Shown here: positions 8,548 to 9,973 of the stretch, piece after piece
Position numbering within the stretch: position 1 is the first letter of the stretch
Layout: every line of letters begins with the position of its first letter
Origin: Octopus sinensis
Taxonomy: Eukaryota
Assembly (NCBI RefSeq): GCF_006345805.1
Contig: NW_021827692.1
Location: 1-9,973, forward strand
Direction of reading: 5' to 3'
Length of the DNA stretch: 9,973 bases
Position numbers and translations under genes: made by a program
Notes under the pieces: model-generated
The model's database searches: none
The model's input: the letters and a program-made list of their open reading frames with translations, nothing else
Told to the model about the DNA's origin: nothing

Positions 8548-8689
8548 CAAGTATGACTGTATGGTAAGAAGTTTGCTTCTCAACCACATGATTCCGGGTT
8601 CCGTCCCACTGCCTGGCACCTTGAGCTAGTGTCTTCTACTATAGTTTCGTGATGATCAAGGGCTTATGGGTGGATTTGGTAGATGAAAC
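8548..8689 (+). mobile_element. SINE type A, diverged 5' half only
   Basis: ATGACTGTATGGTAAGAAGTTTGCTTCTCAACCACATGATTCCGGGTTCCGTCCCACTGCCTGGCACCTTGAGCTAGTGTCTTCTACTATAG...GGATTTGGTAGATGAAACT aligns by eye with the reverse complement of 2620-2765. Confidence 0.85.
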
Positions 8690-9403
8690 TAAAATGAATT
8701 TGGTAGATGAAACCTGTCAATTAACGAGAATGGGTAGCATTTGGTTAACAACGTTTTAAGATATTTCTATTCCAAAGATATTAGACTTAGCAACTTTGCT
8801 CATAAAGACTAGTAGCGGAACGTCGTTGTATACCAGCAGCCTGGAGGTGCTAAGCATGACATTTGACCCTATCAAAATATGTTCAAAGACAGCTGCCGAC
8901 GCTGTTCTACAAAATCATTTACTGTCCTATATCATTTAAAAGCTTACGACATTAAAGAATGGCATGGTTAATAACTTCCAGAATTACATATTCGTTGACT
9001 TAATTAATCTTGATGAAAGTGTTCTGATTAGTTATTACAGAACTAATAGGATTATAGCTTTAATTAATGGAGATGCGGCTAATTATTATTCGGGAAGAAA
9101 TAACTTAAGCAGCACAACAAATTAGCGAAGTTCTCTGCGAAATTTTTGAGAAGTTGGAGGGAAAAGGAGAAGAAATGATAGAAACAGAATAGAAAAGATC
9201 GAATAGATAAAGTGTGACCACATGACAGGAAAATGGTATTGGCATAAACAAATAATGTGCGTCTTGGGCAAATGAAAGTAGTATAAGTAATAATTAGTGT
9301 CACCTTAAAGATATACAATTATAAATTTATGTTAGTCAAAAATTGAAATCTGTGGATATCAGTTATTTAGCCGTAGAGAGGTCACGAGTTGAAAGGCCAG
9401 AAA

Positions 9404-9574
9404 ATAAAAGAGGCGGTGTATACGACAAAACCTTCCACACTGGAAGACTTAGAGACATGGATCCAAGAGGTTCTTAAAGATATCCCAGACGACGTCCTTC
9501 AGGAGGTTGTTCATTCTATCCTTGGCAGTTTGAAGAAAGTGGTTGACGCCACCGGTGCATACGTTGAAATATGA
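9404..9574 (+). pseudogene. C-terminal fragment of a Tc1/mariner-family DDE/DDD transposase
   Basis: IKEAVYTTKPSTLEDLETWIQEVLKDIPDDVLQEVVHSILGSLKKVVDATGAYVEI* fits the typical Tc1/mariner C-terminal pattern (LK..VY...P.TL..L...I......I....L..........L...I...G...E). The catalytic region upstream is absent. Confidence 0.8.
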
Positions 9575-9694
9575 AGATTTACTTTCATTTTCCCATCTAA
9601 TAAAGAACATGCATTATTTGTTTCAATAAATTTGTAGCAGGAACATGGATTTCATGACCAATTTTTAATGCCTACTTACTTTTCACCCATCCTG
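9404..9694 (+). mobile_element. 3' remnant of a Tc1/mariner DNA transposon
   Basis: Transposase C-terminus, AATAAA at 9599-9604 and 9625-9630, then a right-TIR-like end ACTTTTCACCCATCCTG (to 9694). No matching left TIR found upstream in the window. Confidence 0.6.
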
Positions 9695-9700
9695 TTATAA

Positions 9701-9755
9701 TTTTTTATTCTTTAAATTGTGTCAGTCACTTGACTGCGACCATACTGGAGCACCA
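9701..9755 (-). mobile_element. Solo 3' tail of SINE type A (or of its partner LINE)
   Basis: TCAGTCACTTGACTGCGACCATACTGGAGCACC matches TCAGTCATTTCACTGCGGCCTTACTGGAGCACC at 2341-2373. Confidence 0.78.
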
Positions 9756-9853
9756 CACACACACACACACACACATATAATTTAAAATTAAAATCCACAA
9801 ATATATAAATATACGCACACTCACTAGCACGTCCGCACACACACACACACACG
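9755..9853. repeat. Two short (CA)n runs separated by AT-rich sequence
   Basis: CA runs at ~9755-9775 and ~9836-9852. Confidence 0.8.
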
Positions 9854-9973
9854 AGTTTTTGGTTATGCACCTTACATGCATAAAAGGAAATAAAATATTG
9901 TACTGCGTTATTATGAAATATTTCTACTTATACAATCGGAATTCCTGCTTATAACACATTTTCCTCTCTCCCA

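Noticed and set aside
8810-8936. Open frames of ~40-50 codons on both strands in the unique region 8713-9380
   Set aside because: No recognisable similarity or convincing splice signals; the lengths are compatible with chance.
9389-9574. Treating the 61-aa ORF as a functional small gene
   Set aside because: It starts at TTG in non-homologous sequence and is only the C-terminus of a transposase lacking the DNA-binding and catalytic regions.

Overview
No intact protein-coding gene, structural RNA gene or CRISPR array can be supported in this window. It is AT-rich, repeat-saturated animal genomic DNA (intergenic or intronic). The dense di/tri/tetranucleotide microsatellites and the tRNA-headed SINE families resemble what I recall from Octopus (coleoid cephalopod) genomes; this is recognition from memory, not a search result. 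Contents: many microsatellites; four SINE types, labelled A-D here (A: one full copy, two 3'-incomplete copies and two solo 3' tails; B: a four-module multimer with a 17-bp target-site duplication plus an inverted two-module copy 380 bp away; C and D: shared head, different tails); a Tigger/pogo-like MITE; a probable hAT MITE with the second SINE B nested inside it; and the 3' remnant of a Tc1/mariner transposase. Nearly all listed ORFs are microsatellite translation artefacts. The most interesting leads are the TSD-bounded SINE multimer, the inverted SINE B pair (possible long dsRNA/ADAR substrate), a heat-shock-element/CCAAT island near 380-450, and an unexplained multi-hairpin island at 8454-8528. 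I do not see convincing evidence for a new biological system.
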